Shown here: positions 24,749 through 34,092 of the stretch, piece by piece
Numbering within the stretch: the first letter of the stretch is position 1
Layout: every line of letters begins with the position of its first letter
The notes under the pieces: model-generated
What the model saw: only the letters and a program-made list of their open reading frames with translations
Told to the model about the DNA's origin: nothing
The model's database searches: none
Source: Acidimicrobiia bacterium
GTDB taxonomy: Bacteria; Actinomycetota; Acidimicrobiia; Spongiisociales; ZC4RG35
Assembly: GCA_965203555.1 (NCBI GenBank)
Contig: CBDBCY010000004.1
Location: forward strand, 1,057,554-1,121,553
Direction of reading: 5' to 3'
Length of the DNA: 64,000 nt
Translations under genes and position numbers: made by a program

Positions 24749-26167
24749 TTACTGCTCGGCTACGTTGGCGCGCCAGCCTTCCTCGATGATCGGAACCCAG
24801 TCGCCCCGCAGTTCGGGGAGCCCGGAGATTTCACCGGGATCCACGACCGAGGGATGCCTCGGAACGTCGGCGAATGCCGACTGCGAAGCAGCGTTGAGCA
24901 CGTTGATCTGGCCCCAAACCTCGGGATAGGCCTTGTGCAACTGAGCGTCAAGGCTGAGCAGGAAGTCTGCTGCCACGAGGGTGGCTGCCTTGTTCGGAGA
25001 GTTGTAGGGAATAGCCACGAAGTTGGTGTTTCCGATCTGGCCACTGCTGAGACCGTAGGTCCTCGTCGACTCGGGGAAGACGCCGGTGTCCACCTTGGAA
25101 CCTGCGGAGGCAGGACCGTAGGCGAGGAAGTGGGTGACTTCGGAGTTGGAGTACAGGGTTTCCAGAGCGGGCTGGTCCACCGGGTAGGTGGTGCCTTCAC
25201 GCCACAGGCAGGGCTCGAGGTCGTTCAGGGTCTGCCAGGTCGCTTCGGCCACTTGGTCGTAGAGAGCCTGGTCGAAGGGGACCAACAGGTCGTTCAACCC
25301 GCCGGGGAGGATCTTCTCGGCTTCGCTGTAGAACACATGGCGCACGAACACGCTTCCGGTGAAGTCCGGAGGCGCCGGGTAGGTGAAGGTGCCCGGATTG
25401 GCGCAGGCGTGGGCCAGGAGGCCTTCGATGTCCGCGGGAGGATCGGGCAACAGGTCGCTGTTGTAGAACACCGCCGACTGGGCCTTGTTCCAGGGCACTT
25501 CGCACTCGTCAACCGGGGTGCCGAAGTCGAAGGTCAAGGTCCCGTCGTTCATGTCCACGTTCTGGAAGCTGGGAAGCAGGTCCCAATAGCCGCACAGCAG
25601 CAGGCCGCCCTGCTTCATGGTGCGGAAGTTCTCACCGTTTATCCAGATCATGTCCACCGATCCGCTGGTGTACTCGCCCGCCTCGGTCTCGCTGAGCACG
25701 GTGTCGACCGCGTTGACGGTGTCGGTGATCCTCACCTGGTTCAGGTCGATGTTGAACCGCGACTTGAGCTCGACTCCGACCCACTCGTTCACATAGGCGT
25801 TAATCGTGGCGCTGCCACCCCACATGAACCAGTTGACCCGGCCGCCGTCAGCGGCAGCCACGATCTCATCCCAGGACATTCCGCCGACCTCGGAATTGTC
25901 CACGTCCAGGAGTCCCGGACCGGTCGGGCCCATCATCATGGGCTCCTCTTCCTCCATGGCCTCTTCCTCGTGGTCGTGGTCGTCCTCTTCCATGTGCTCT
26001 TCTTCGGGAGCTTCGGTGGTGGCGGGCGCCGCAGTCGTGGCGGGCGCCGCAGTGGTAGCGGGCGCCGCAGTCGTGGCGGCGGGCTCGTCGTCGCCGCCGC
26101 ACGCAGCGGCTACCAGCATCAGGCACGCGGAAACAATCACCCAGCGCGCAAATCGGGAATTACGCAT
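24749..26167 (-). CDS. ABC transporter substrate-binding lipoprotein (family 1 SBP, YnjB/thiamine-type-like), orphan
   Basis: Start at MRNSRFARWVIVSACLMLVAAACGG (lipobox), with a GGAGG RBS upstream. An acidic His/Met-rich linker follows (EEEHMEEDDHDHEEEAMEEEEPMMM), then the SBP fold (…NWFMWGGSATINAYVNEWV…). Confidence 0.8.
   Translation of the reverse strand: MRNSRFARWVIVSACLMLVAAACGGDDEPAATTAAPATTAAPATTAAPATTEAPEEEHMEEDDHDHEEEAMEEEEPMMMGPTGPGLLDVDNSEVGGMSWDEIVAAADGGRVNWFMWGGSATINAYVNEWVGVELKSRFNIDLNQVRITDTVNAVDTVLSETEAGEYTSGSVDMIWINGENFRTMKQGGLLLCGYWDLLPSFQNVDMNDGTLTFDFGTPVDECEVPWNKAQSAVFYNSDLLPDPPADIEGLLAHACANPGTFTYPAPPDFTGSVFVRHVFYSEAEKILPGGLNDLLVPFDQALYDQVAEATWQTLNDLEPCLWREGTTYPVDQPALETLYSNSEVTHFLAYGPASAGSKVDTGVFPESTRTYGLSSGQIGNTNFVAIPYNSPNKAATLVAADFLLSLDAQLHKAYPEVWGQINVLNAASQSAFADVPRHPSVVDPGEISGLPELRGDWVPIIEEGWRANVAEQ
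26010..26090 (-). repeat. 18-bp tandem repeat encoding (A-P-A-T-T-A)n in the SBP signal-proximal linker
   Basis: Plus strand reads gtggcgggcgccgcagtc repeated ~3.5 times. Confidence 0.6.
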
Positions 26168-26456
26168 TTGTATGGTCCTCCTGTTCGTACAACTCGTTAC
26201 GGACCTGCCAACGGCGCGCAACGTTAGGCATCGCCCGCAAATCCGTTTCTCACCATAGCCCTACGCTGGCCCACCGGCAAAATCACAGCAGGTGAGGCCT
26301 ACTTCAGGTCCCCGCCTGCCCGCTTTACCCTCTCCGGCGTATCCAGGTTCGAAGCAGGCCATGTCTCCTTCCGCGTCTTCGCACAGTCCCGGATCCCGAC
26401 TCGACACACGCCCCGGGCTGATAGACCCATGTTTCAAATGAAAAGGGGGCGGTTAT

Positions 26457-26471
26457 GCACTGATGCAGTGC
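26457..26471. promoter_or_regulatory. Palindrome GCACTGatgCAGTGC overlapping the vapB promoter/start region (candidate VapB autorepression operator)
   Basis: Perfect 6-bp inverted repeat immediately 5' of vapB. Confidence 0.3.
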
Positions 26472-26487
26472 TATTATGACATGCATC

Positions 26488-26745
26488 ATGCGGACCACCA
26501 TTTCTCTCGAAGACCGACTGGCGAAGCAGGTGCGCCGGGCAGCCGCAACCCGTGGTCTCAGCGTAAGCGCCTTCATTTCCGAGACCCTGGACGATGCCCT
26601 GAAGCGTACCGAGCCATCAGAGCAGCCTCCCTTCGAGTTGATCACCGTGCGCGGGGTCCATCCTCTCCCAGGAGTCGACCTGGATCGGCCCAGAACGCTC
26701 GATGTGCAGGATGACGAAACCCGTTTCGCGTCCGGCAGTCGCTGA
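26488..26745 (+). CDS. vapB: Ribbon-helix-helix antitoxin (VapB/CopG-like)
   Basis: MRTTISLEDRLAKQVRRAAATRGLSVSAFISETLDDALKR is an RHH fold. The track ORF starts 12 nt earlier at 26476. Confidence 0.7.
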   Translation: MRTTISLEDRLAKQVRRAAATRGLSVSAFISETLDDALKRTEPSEQPPFELITVRGVHPLPGVDLDRPRTLDVQDDETRFASGSR

Positions 26746-26751
26746 TCCCGG

Positions 26752-27195
26752 ATGCTGCTTCCCGATGTCAATGTCCTGATCTATGCTCATATGGAGGACT
26801 CGACCATAGATCACGCCGAGTATGCGAGTTGGGTCACCCGTTTGGCGACGGGATCTGAACCGTTCGCTCTATCTGTGCTGGTTCTCGCCGGTTTTATCCG
26901 CATTGTGACCAATCCCCGGATCTTCAATCCTCCATCCAATCTCGACCGGTCCTTCGCTTTCGTATCTTCGCTCGTGGAGCGGCCCAAGGCCCGACTGGTG
27001 GGCCCCGGCCCCGAGCATCTGGACATATTCGAGAGACTGTGCCGGGAATCCGGGGCATCCGGGAAGCTGGTAGCCGACGCTCAACACGCAGCGGTCGCAA
27101 TAGAACATGGCTGCACAATGGTGTCAACCGACTCCGACTTCAACCGGTTCCCAGGACTCCGATGGCGGCATCCGTTGCGTCCCGCCGGCATCTAG
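26752..27195 (+). CDS. vapC: PIN-domain toxin VapC
   Basis: MLLPDVNVLIYA… carries the first conserved Asp. The acidic residues of a PIN fold follow (…VLAGF…, …TDSDF…). Starts 7 nt after vapB. Confidence 0.8.
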   Translation: MLLPDVNVLIYAHMEDSTIDHAEYASWVTRLATGSEPFALSVLVLAGFIRIVTNPRIFNPPSNLDRSFAFVSSLVERPKARLVGPGPEHLDIFERLCRESGASGKLVADAQHAAVAIEHGCTMVSTDSDFNRFPGLRWRHPLRPAGI

Positions 27196-27228
27196 CGCCC
27201 CCTGCCGGTCCCACAATCCAGCCTCTTT

Positions 27229-28428
27229 TCAACCCCGAAAGGTGTCCCCCCAGGTTTGCAGGGGGGCCAGTGCCCGGTCCGGGAACACTCCCAGGCCCGG
27301 CTCGTCGCTCAGTGTGAGCCGTCCGTCGGCCAGCGGGGGAAACGGCCGGGCCAGGCCCTCGCGAAGAGGGTTGGGGTTGCTGTCCACCTCCAATAACCCG
27401 TCGCCACCCGCCGCCGCCAGCAGATGGGCGGATGCCACCAGCCCGATACCCCCTCCCAAGTGGTGGGGACAGAACCTCCGTCCCGCTCCCAGGATCTCCC
27501 GGGCCACCGGCAGGCATCCCGATATCCCTCCCCACTTGGTGACGTCCGGTTGGATGACGGCCAGTGCGCCGGCCCCGATCGCCCGGCGGAACTCGCCCTC
27601 GCCACACAGGTTCTCCCCTCCCGCCAACCGAATCGGGGAAGCCCCGGCCAGTTCCGCCCACACCGAGTCCGGGTGGTTGGTCCGGATCGGCTCCTCCAGC
27701 CAGATCGGACCATAGGCCTCGAGAACCCTGCTCCACTTCGCTGCTTCTCCCGGAGACCAGGCCTGATTGGCGTCGACGGCAATGGGCGCCTCGGGCCCCG
27801 CCACCTCCCGCAGGGCTTCGAGGTTGGCGAGATCGGTCTCCTCTCCGAATCCGACCTTGAGCTTGAATGCCCGGTGGCCCGCCTCCGCGGCCTCCCGCGC
27901 CTGTTCTGCCACCCCATGCGGGCCGATTCCGCTGGCGTATGCGGGAACGCTCCCGCCACTCCGGCGCCCTCCCAGGAATCTCCACAGCGGATCACCTGCT
28001 CGTCGGGCCGCCATGTCCCACAGAGCGATGTCGATCCCGGCGATAGCCTGGGAAAAGGGACCCGGCTCTCCTGACTGGATCGCCACGACGCGGGTCATAG
28101 AAGAAAGGTGTTCGAACACCGCCGCCGGACCGGTCCATCGCCGGCCCACGATCAACGGCGCCAGAACCGAAAGGATCAGACGAGCGCGGTACTCGGCGGC
28201 GGGCGCGGGGAAGTTGCACCACGCCTCACCGTATCCGACGGCTCCCTCCGACGATCGGACTCCCACCACCACCGCCGGGCGATCGCTCATGGTCCCGAAG
28301 GAAGTCTGCACCGCCCGGGCCATCGGGGCGCGGTAGACATCCACCGAGACCGATTCGATCGTGAACGCATCGGTCTCGGGCCGGCCCGGAGGGTCCTCCC
28401 CCATCGATGGGCTGTCCTGGTCCTCCAT
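27229..28428 (-). CDS. Mandelate racemase / muconate-lactonizing enzyme family protein (enolase superfamily)
   Basis: The C-terminal 399 aa of the track ORF 27229..29193 (…AFKLKVGFGEETDLANLEALREV…PIAVDANQAWS…WLEEP…IQPDVTKWGGI…) is enolase-superfamily-like. The upstream ~255 aa is antisense read-through of the sulfatase gene. The start (MEDQD at 28428 vs MGED at 28404) is uncertain. Confidence 0.75.
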   Translation of the reverse strand: MEDQDSPSMGEDPPGRPETDAFTIESVSVDVYRAPMARAVQTSFGTMSDRPAVVVGVRSSEGAVGYGEAWCNFPAPAAEYRARLILSVLAPLIVGRRWTGPAAVFEHLSSMTRVVAIQSGEPGPFSQAIAGIDIALWDMAARRAGDPLWRFLGGRRSGGSVPAYASGIGPHGVAEQAREAAEAGHRAFKLKVGFGEETDLANLEALREVAGPEAPIAVDANQAWSPGEAAKWSRVLEAYGPIWLEEPIRTNHPDSVWAELAGASPIRLAGGENLCGEGEFRRAIGAGALAVIQPDVTKWGGISGCLPVAREILGAGRRFCPHHLGGGIGLVASAHLLAAAGGDGLLEVDSNPNPLREGLARPFPPLADGRLTLSDEPGLGVFPDRALAPLQTWGDTFRG

Positions 28429-28533
28429 CCGGCCAAGTATGGTTACCGGTGTCCGAAACGACGAAGCGTGCCGGACGCCCATCCAACCTCGTGCTGGACA
28501 AGACCCCGACGCAGGAAAGGGCGGTGAGTTTGA

Positions 28534-30798
28534 ATGCAACCGAACCCGATCTCCCCCGAGCCTGAAGACCTGCCAACCCCCTTCCCCGACGACGACTTCC
28601 CGGGAGTGATAGGACCGGACTTTCGCACGTCGACACCCTGGTGGCCGCCCATGGAGAACGACGCCCGCGGCAAGCCCGACGTGGTGGTGGTGGTGCTCGA
28701 CGACGTCGGCTTCGCCGGGCTGGGATGCTACGGGGCGGAGATCGACACGCCCACCATCGACTCTCTGGCCGAGGGCGGCGTGCGGTTCAACGACTTCAAC
28801 GTCACTCCCCTGTGTTCCCCCACCCGGGCCTGCCTGCTCACCGGGCGAAACCACCACAGCGTCGGGATGGCCTATCTCTCCAACGTCGACTCGGGCTTCC
28901 CCGGCTACCGGGGCCGGGTCACCGAGTCGGCCGCCACCATCGCCGAGGTCCTGCAGGACGCCGGTTACGGCACCCTGGCCATCGGCAAATGGCACCTCGC
29001 ACCCCTGGAGGAGACCACCGCGGTCGGCCCCTACCACCAGTGGCCCCTGGGACGCGGTTTCGGCCGCTACTACGGGTTCCTGGACGCCCTGACCGATCAT
29101 TTCTATCCCGACGTCGTGGAGGACAACCACCGGGTGGACCCGCCCGCAAGGCCCGAGGACGGTTACCACCTCACCGAGGACCTGATCGATCACGCCATTT
29201 CATACATAAGAGACCAGGTCTCGGTCAAGCCCGAACAACCCTTCTTCCTCTACCTGGCCTTCGGAACCGCCCACTGTCCCCACCAGGCGCCCCAAGAGTT
29301 TCTCGACAAATACCGCGGCCGCTACGACGAGGGATGGGATGTGATCCGCCAGCGCCGCTTCCAACAACAGAAAGAACTCGGGATCATCCCCCCCGACGCC
29401 GCCCTGGCGCCCCTCAACCCCGGTGTGGAGGAGTGGGCCGACCTGACCCCCGACCAGCAGCGACTGTTCGCCCGCTTCCAGGAGGCCTATGCGGCGATGC
29501 TCGACCACACCGACGCTGAACTGGGCAGGCTGGTGGCGTTTCTCGACTCGATCGGGAGGCTGGACAACACCATCGTGGTGGTGCTTTCCGACAACGGGGC
29601 CAGCCAGGAGGGCGGACCGGACGGCGGCGCCGACATCGTCACCTACGAGGAGGACCGGTTCTGCACGGTGGAGTTCAACCTGGAACGGTTCGACACCATC
29701 GGCGGTCCGCGCTCGCAGACCAACATCCCCTGGGGATGGGCGCAGGCCGCCAACACTCCCCTGCGGTGGTACAAGCAGAACACCTACGCCGGCGGGGTGC
29801 GGACGCCGCTGGTCATCTCCTGGCCGGAGGGGATCTCCGACGTCGGCGCGGTGCGGGCCCAGTTCGTGCACGCCATCGACATCGCCCCCACCCTGTTCGA
29901 CCTGGTCGGGGTGACCCCCAAGGCTTCCTACCAAGGCGTGGAACAGATGCCCTATCACGGCGCCAGCATCCGAGAGGTCCTCGACGACGCCTCCTCGCCG
30001 CCTGCCCGCGACCGCCAGTACTTCGAGATGATCGGCCACCGCGCCATGTGGCAGGACGGATGGAAGGCGCTGGCCCGCCATCGTCGGAACGAACCCTTCG
30101 AGAACGACCCCTGGGAGTTGTACCACATCGACACCGACTTCTCTGAAGTGCGGGACGTCGCCGCCGACCACCCTGACGTGCTTTCCGACCTGGTCGGCCA
30201 ATGGACCGAGGAGGCCGGGCAATATTCGGTGTTTCCCCTCGACGACCGCTACCTGGCCGTCCGCGCCTCCACCTTCCAGACCCCCGGGTCCCCCCGCGCC
30301 CGGGACACCTTCACCTACCTGGGAGGCGCCACCCGCGTCCCCGGAGGCGTCACGCCCATCATCTTCAACCGTTCCTTCTCGATCACCGCCCGGGTCGACC
30401 CGCTCACCGACTCCGACCAGGGAGTCCTGGTGGCGGTGGGCGACACCAGCGGCGGGTACGTTCTCTACCTGACCGAAGGCCGACTCGTGTTCGAGTACTG
30501 CTACCTCGGAGACCGCCAGACCCTGGCCTCCGCCCCCGCCTCGGCCAAACCCGGCACCACCGACCTGGCCTTCCGCTTCGAACGCACCGGCGACCACCGG
30601 GGCACCGGCCGGCTTGAGTCCGACGGCGAGGTGCTGAGCGAGCAGGACATGTTCGACATGGCCCGGGGCATGATCTCCTGGGGGTCGCTGAGCGTCGGCG
30701 CCGACACCCTCTCTCCGGTCAGCGACTCCTATGCGGGCGAGTTTCCCTTCAGCGGGAACATCGAACTGGTCGAATTCGCCCTCGGCGACCGCGGGTGA
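28534..30798 (+). CDS. Arylsulfatase (formylglycine-dependent sulfatase family, large mycobacterial AtsA-like form)
   Basis: PDVVVVVLDDVGFAGLGCYG… with LCSPTRACLLTGR (the C-x-P-x-R FGly motif), GKWHL, and a long C-terminal domain. The N-terminus FPGVIGPDFRTSTPWWPP resembles long AtsA forms. Confidence 0.85.
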   Translation: MQPNPISPEPEDLPTPFPDDDFPGVIGPDFRTSTPWWPPMENDARGKPDVVVVVLDDVGFAGLGCYGAEIDTPTIDSLAEGGVRFNDFNVTPLCSPTRACLLTGRNHHSVGMAYLSNVDSGFPGYRGRVTESAATIAEVLQDAGYGTLAIGKWHLAPLEETTAVGPYHQWPLGRGFGRYYGFLDALTDHFYPDVVEDNHRVDPPARPEDGYHLTEDLIDHAISYIRDQVSVKPEQPFFLYLAFGTAHCPHQAPQEFLDKYRGRYDEGWDVIRQRRFQQQKELGIIPPDAALAPLNPGVEEWADLTPDQQRLFARFQEAYAAMLDHTDAELGRLVAFLDSIGRLDNTIVVVLSDNGASQEGGPDGGADIVTYEEDRFCTVEFNLERFDTIGGPRSQTNIPWGWAQAANTPLRWYKQNTYAGGVRTPLVISWPEGISDVGAVRAQFVHAIDIAPTLFDLVGVTPKASYQGVEQMPYHGASIREVLDDASSPPARDRQYFEMIGHRAMWQDGWKALARHRRNEPFENDPWELYHIDTDFSEVRDVAADHPDVLSDLVGQWTEEAGQYSVFPLDDRYLAVRASTFQTPGSPRARDTFTYLGGATRVPGGVTPIIFNRSFSITARVDPLTDSDQGVLVAVGDTSGGYVLYLTEGRLVFEYCYLGDRQTLASAPASAKPGTTDLAFRFERTGDHRGTGRLESDGEVLSEQDMFDMARGMISWGSLSVGADTLSPVSDSYAGEFPFSGNIELVEFALGDRG

Positions 30799-30958
30799 TC
30801 GCCAGGAGGATTTCGTGGGCCCGGTCGCGAATCAAGAGGACCCCGTGGAGGTGGGCGCCGCCGGGTGCGGGTCCCGAAGGAAGACCAGCTTCTTCCCGGG
30901 GAGGAAGAAGCGAGACGGAAAACTCAGCACGAGTTCACCTTCTGACGAAAGGAAGCAA

Positions 30959-31375
30959 ATGCGAAAAGCGTTCGTGACGATGATGGTTGCCCTGGTGGCG
31001 CTGATACCCCTTGCGGCGTGTTCGAGCGACGCGGCGGTGGTGTCCAGCAACATCTCCGAGGCGGCCGACAACTTCGAGATCCAGAGACGGATCGTGTTTC
31101 TCAACGGGATCACCGACACCTATCTGCTCTCCATCGAAGGGCTGTGCTCCATCGAGGACCAGCAAATCCAACTGGAGGTCACCTGCCGGGTGGGTGAGGG
31201 TGAGTACCGAAAGCACTTCCTGGGCCTGTCCGACAACGTGACGTACTTCGCCGAGCAGTTGGCGCCGGCCCGGGTGTCCGCCTACCACTACCGGGTCACA
31301 TTCAAGCCGCAGGTGCTGTTGCCGGACATCGACTACCGAGCCGACGGTACCGACGGGCCGAGAACACAACCATAG
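30959..31375 (+). CDS. Hypothetical small lipoprotein
   Basis: MRKAFVTMMVALVALIPLAACSSD is a signal peptide plus lipobox. AGGAAG lies upstream. No family recognised. Confidence 0.5.
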   Translation: MRKAFVTMMVALVALIPLAACSSDAAVVSSNISEAADNFEIQRRIVFLNGITDTYLLSIEGLCSIEDQQIQLEVTCRVGEGEYRKHFLGLSDNVTYFAEQLAPARVSAYHYRVTFKPQVLLPDIDYRADGTDGPRTQP

Positions 31376-31562
31376 AAAGAGACAAGGACCGCCCCCCTGT
31401 GAGGCGAGGCCACATCCTCACCACGCGTTCCCCGTCGGAACCATCCAACCGCCTTCCGACTCACTGGCGGCGGGGGTGGGCCCGAAGGTGGCCGGTGTTT
31501 TCGCGGGATAGGGATCGATTTCGCAGCTTGGGAGGGTTCCCACCCATCCTCTCACCCAACCC

Positions 31563-32777
31563 ATGAGCCCGCTCCCCGACGACGCGGTGCTGGTGGCCGG
31601 GGTGGGCATGACCCCCTTCGTCGGGTTCCGGGACGACGCCGGCGTGCGGGACATGGTGGCCGAGGCCGCCCGGGCGGCTCTCTTCGATGCCGGGCTCAGG
31701 TCTCCCTCGCCGATCGACATGGGGATCGCCGCCTACGAGAGCGATCACTTCAACCGCCAGATGAGCCTCGGCCAGGTCCTCCACGACACCGTGGGCCTGG
31801 CGGGGAAGCCGGTGGTCCGGGTGGAGGGAGGCGGCGCCACCGGAGCGCTCGCCATCCGCACCGCGGCGATGGCGCTCCGCTCCGGAGAGGCCCGCTCGGT
31901 CCTGGTGTTCGGCGGGGAGACCAACGGGCGCTCGGTCGACCGGGCCACCGCCATCGAGATCCTCGCCCTCTCGGCTGACTTCGAATGGGAGACCCCGGTG
32001 TTCGGCACCTTCGCCGCTCCCTACGCACTGATGATCACCGAGCACATGCGCCGCTACGGCACCACCGCCGAGCAGTTCGCGCAGATCGCGGTCAAGAACC
32101 GCCGCCTTGCCCTGGACAATCCTCTCGCCCACCGGGGCATGTCGATCACGGTGGAGGACGTGCGCTCTTCGACGCCCCTCTCGGATCCCTACCGACTGTT
32201 CGACGCAAGCCTCCTGAGCGATGGAGCGGCGGCGGTGCTCCTCGCCACTAAGGCCTGGGCCGAACGGCACTCCCCCACCTTCACCGAGCGCCCGCCGGTG
32301 GCGATCCTGGGGAGCGGATCGGCAACCGACCATCCCCGCCTCTCGGACCGCACAGAGGAGATGTTTCCCCACTTTGAGGCCAAGCGGAAAGCCGCCGCCC
32401 AGGCCTACCGGGAGGCGGGCATCGATGATCCGGCCGGCCAGATCGACCTCGCCGAGATCTACGACTCCTTCAGCGGAGCGGAGTTGCAGGCCTACGAGGA
32501 CCTGGGGTTGTGCCCGGTCGGTCACGGGGGACGCTCCGCTTCGGAGGGACGCTTCGACCAGGGAGGGCAGGTGGTGGTGAACCCCTCGGGAGGCCTGATG
32601 GGACGTGGTTCGGCGGTGGGCGCCACCGGGATAGCCCAGGCGGTGGAGGTGGTCTCCCAGCTCCGCGGCGAGGTTGCCGGTGCCCGAGAAGTACCCGGCG
32701 CCCGCATCGGGATCACCGACACCCACGCCGGGGTGGGGTCGCTGTCCGTCGTGAACGTCTTCGGAAGGGCGGGCTGA
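31563..32777 (+). CDS. Thiolase-like SCP-x / lipid-transfer-protein-type thiolase
   Basis: Thiolase fold with …GETNGRS…, C-terminal GHGGRSASEG and NPSGGLMGRG motifs. Its stop overlaps the next start (TGATG). Confidence 0.85.
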   Translation: MSPLPDDAVLVAGVGMTPFVGFRDDAGVRDMVAEAARAALFDAGLRSPSPIDMGIAAYESDHFNRQMSLGQVLHDTVGLAGKPVVRVEGGGATGALAIRTAAMALRSGEARSVLVFGGETNGRSVDRATAIEILALSADFEWETPVFGTFAAPYALMITEHMRRYGTTAEQFAQIAVKNRRLALDNPLAHRGMSITVEDVRSSTPLSDPYRLFDASLLSDGAAAVLLATKAWAERHSPTFTERPPVAILGSGSATDHPRLSDRTEEMFPHFEAKRKAAAQAYREAGIDDPAGQIDLAEIYDSFSGAELQAYEDLGLCPVGHGGRSASEGRFDQGGQVVVNPSGGLMGRGSAVGATGIAQAVEVVSQLRGEVAGAREVPGARIGITDTHAGVGSLSVVNVFGRAG

Positions 32778-33253
32778 TGCGGGTGACGGGGACGGAACGG
32801 AGTGTCGGTCCCGGCGGCCGGGAGGTCTACCTGCTGGCCGTCGAGATGGCCCAGCGCTATCGCCATGCGGTGGGGTCCTCCAGCCCCTTCTACCTGGGTC
32901 TGGAACAACGGGTCCTCCGCGCCACCCGCTGCCCCGGTTGCGGAGCATCGTGGTTCCCTCCCCGCCGGTTCTGCGACGCTCACCTCACCGAGACCGCTTG
33001 GTATGATCTCCCCGGGACCGGAACGATCATGGCGGCGACCCGGGTGCACAGCCCTCCGCCGTTCGGAGGGATCGAACCGCCCTATATCCTTGCTTCGATC
33101 CGCCTGGACGGGGTGGAGGGAGGCATCACCCACAGAGTGATCGGCGCCGAGACGCCCCGGAAAGGAACGGTGGTCACCGTGACATTCATAGACGAAGCTC
33201 CCGCCCATCCCCTCCTGGCATTCGCCTTCGCGGCCACCGGGGAGACATCATGA
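32777..33253 (+). CDS. DUF35 Zn-ribbon/OB-fold protein (partner of SCP-x-type thiolases)
   Basis: …LRATRCPGCGASWFPPRRFC… zinc ribbon followed by an OB-fold. Classic thiolase-DUF35 pairing. Confidence 0.8.
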   Translation: MRVTGTERSVGPGGREVYLLAVEMAQRYRHAVGSSSPFYLGLEQRVLRATRCPGCGASWFPPRRFCDAHLTETAWYDLPGTGTIMAATRVHSPPPFGGIEPPYILASIRLDGVEGGITHRVIGAETPRKGTVVTVTFIDEAPAHPLLAFAFAATGETS

Positions 33254-34092
33254 GCCGCCCGGTAGGGATCGAGATCTTCTACTGGCTGGACAGCTGGTAC
33301 GACGACCAGTCCTCGGTGTTCCACAAGGCCGCCGAGGCGGGCTACGACGGGGTGGAGATGTCGTTCGTGGCCGGGACCGACGTGGGCGTGCGACAAATCG
33401 CCACCACCGCATCGTCCCTGGGACTGGATGTCCTGTGCAGCACCGGCCTCACCCCGGCCATGGACGTCTCGAGCCCCGATTCCGATATTCGCGCGGCGGG
33501 GATCTACCACCTGAAATGGTGTATCGATCAAGCCGCCGCTCTGGGAAGCCCGATCCTGGGAGGCGTCACCTACGCACCGTGGATGGGGTTCCCGGAAGGC
33601 GACCTGAGCGGTCACCGGCAACGATCCGCCGAGTCGCTGCACACGGTGGCCGAGTACGCCGCCTCGGTGGGAGTCGACCTTTGCCTGGAGGTGCTCAACC
33701 GCTTCGAGAGCTACATGTTCAACACGGTGTCGGACTGCCTGTCATTCATCGACGTGGTGGGACATGACTCCGTCAAGGTGGAACTCGACACCTTCCACAT
33801 GAACATGGAGGAAGACGATCTGGCCGGCGCGGTCCGCCAGGCGGCGGGACGGATCGGCCATGTCCAGGTGGCGGCCAACAACCGCCGCGCTCCCCAGTAC
33901 GGCCACATCGACTGGGCGTCTTTCCGACGTGCCCTGGACGACGTCGGCTACGACGGCTGGGTGGTGTTCGAGACTTTCCCCAACTCCGCGGTCCAGACCG
34001 GCCGTGACACCTACGCCTGGCGGGATCTCTATGACGACCTGGACGGAGAGGCGTCCGGCGCCGCCGCCTTCATCCGAGAGCATCTGGCATGA
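33250..34092 (+). CDS. Sugar phosphate isomerase/epimerase (xylose-isomerase-like TIM barrel)
   Basis: …GYDGVEMSF…, …CLEVLNRFESYMFNTVSD…, …VQVAANNRRAPQYGHIDW… is the AP-endonuclease-2/XI TIM-barrel family. ATGA overlaps on both sides. Confidence 0.8.
   Translation: MSRPVGIEIFYWLDSWYDDQSSVFHKAAEAGYDGVEMSFVAGTDVGVRQIATTASSLGLDVLCSTGLTPAMDVSSPDSDIRAAGIYHLKWCIDQAAALGSPILGGVTYAPWMGFPEGDLSGHRQRSAESLHTVAEYAASVGVDLCLEVLNRFESYMFNTVSDCLSFIDVVGHDSVKVELDTFHMNMEEDDLAGAVRQAAGRIGHVQVAANNRRAPQYGHIDWASFRRALDDVGYDGWVVFETFPNSAVQTGRDTYAWRDLYDDLDGEASGAAAFIREHLA

Noticed and set aside
24692-26258. 511-aa plus ORF antisense to the SBP lipoprotein gene
   Set aside because: The minus-strand frame has a signal peptide/lipobox and an SBP fold. 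The plus-strand frame is an artefact.
28437-29193. N-terminal ~255 aa of track ORF 27229..29193 (minus)
   Set aside because: This part is antisense read-through of the arylsulfatase gene. The enolase-superfamily homology begins only at MEDQD (28428).
29200-30597. 465-aa minus ORF inside the sulfatase gene, and 28641..29519(+) alternate frame
   Set aside because: Artefacts of the high-GC sulfatase coding sequence.
31461-32948. 495-aa minus ORF over the thiolase gene
   Set aside because: Antisense to the SCP-x thiolase. No motifs.
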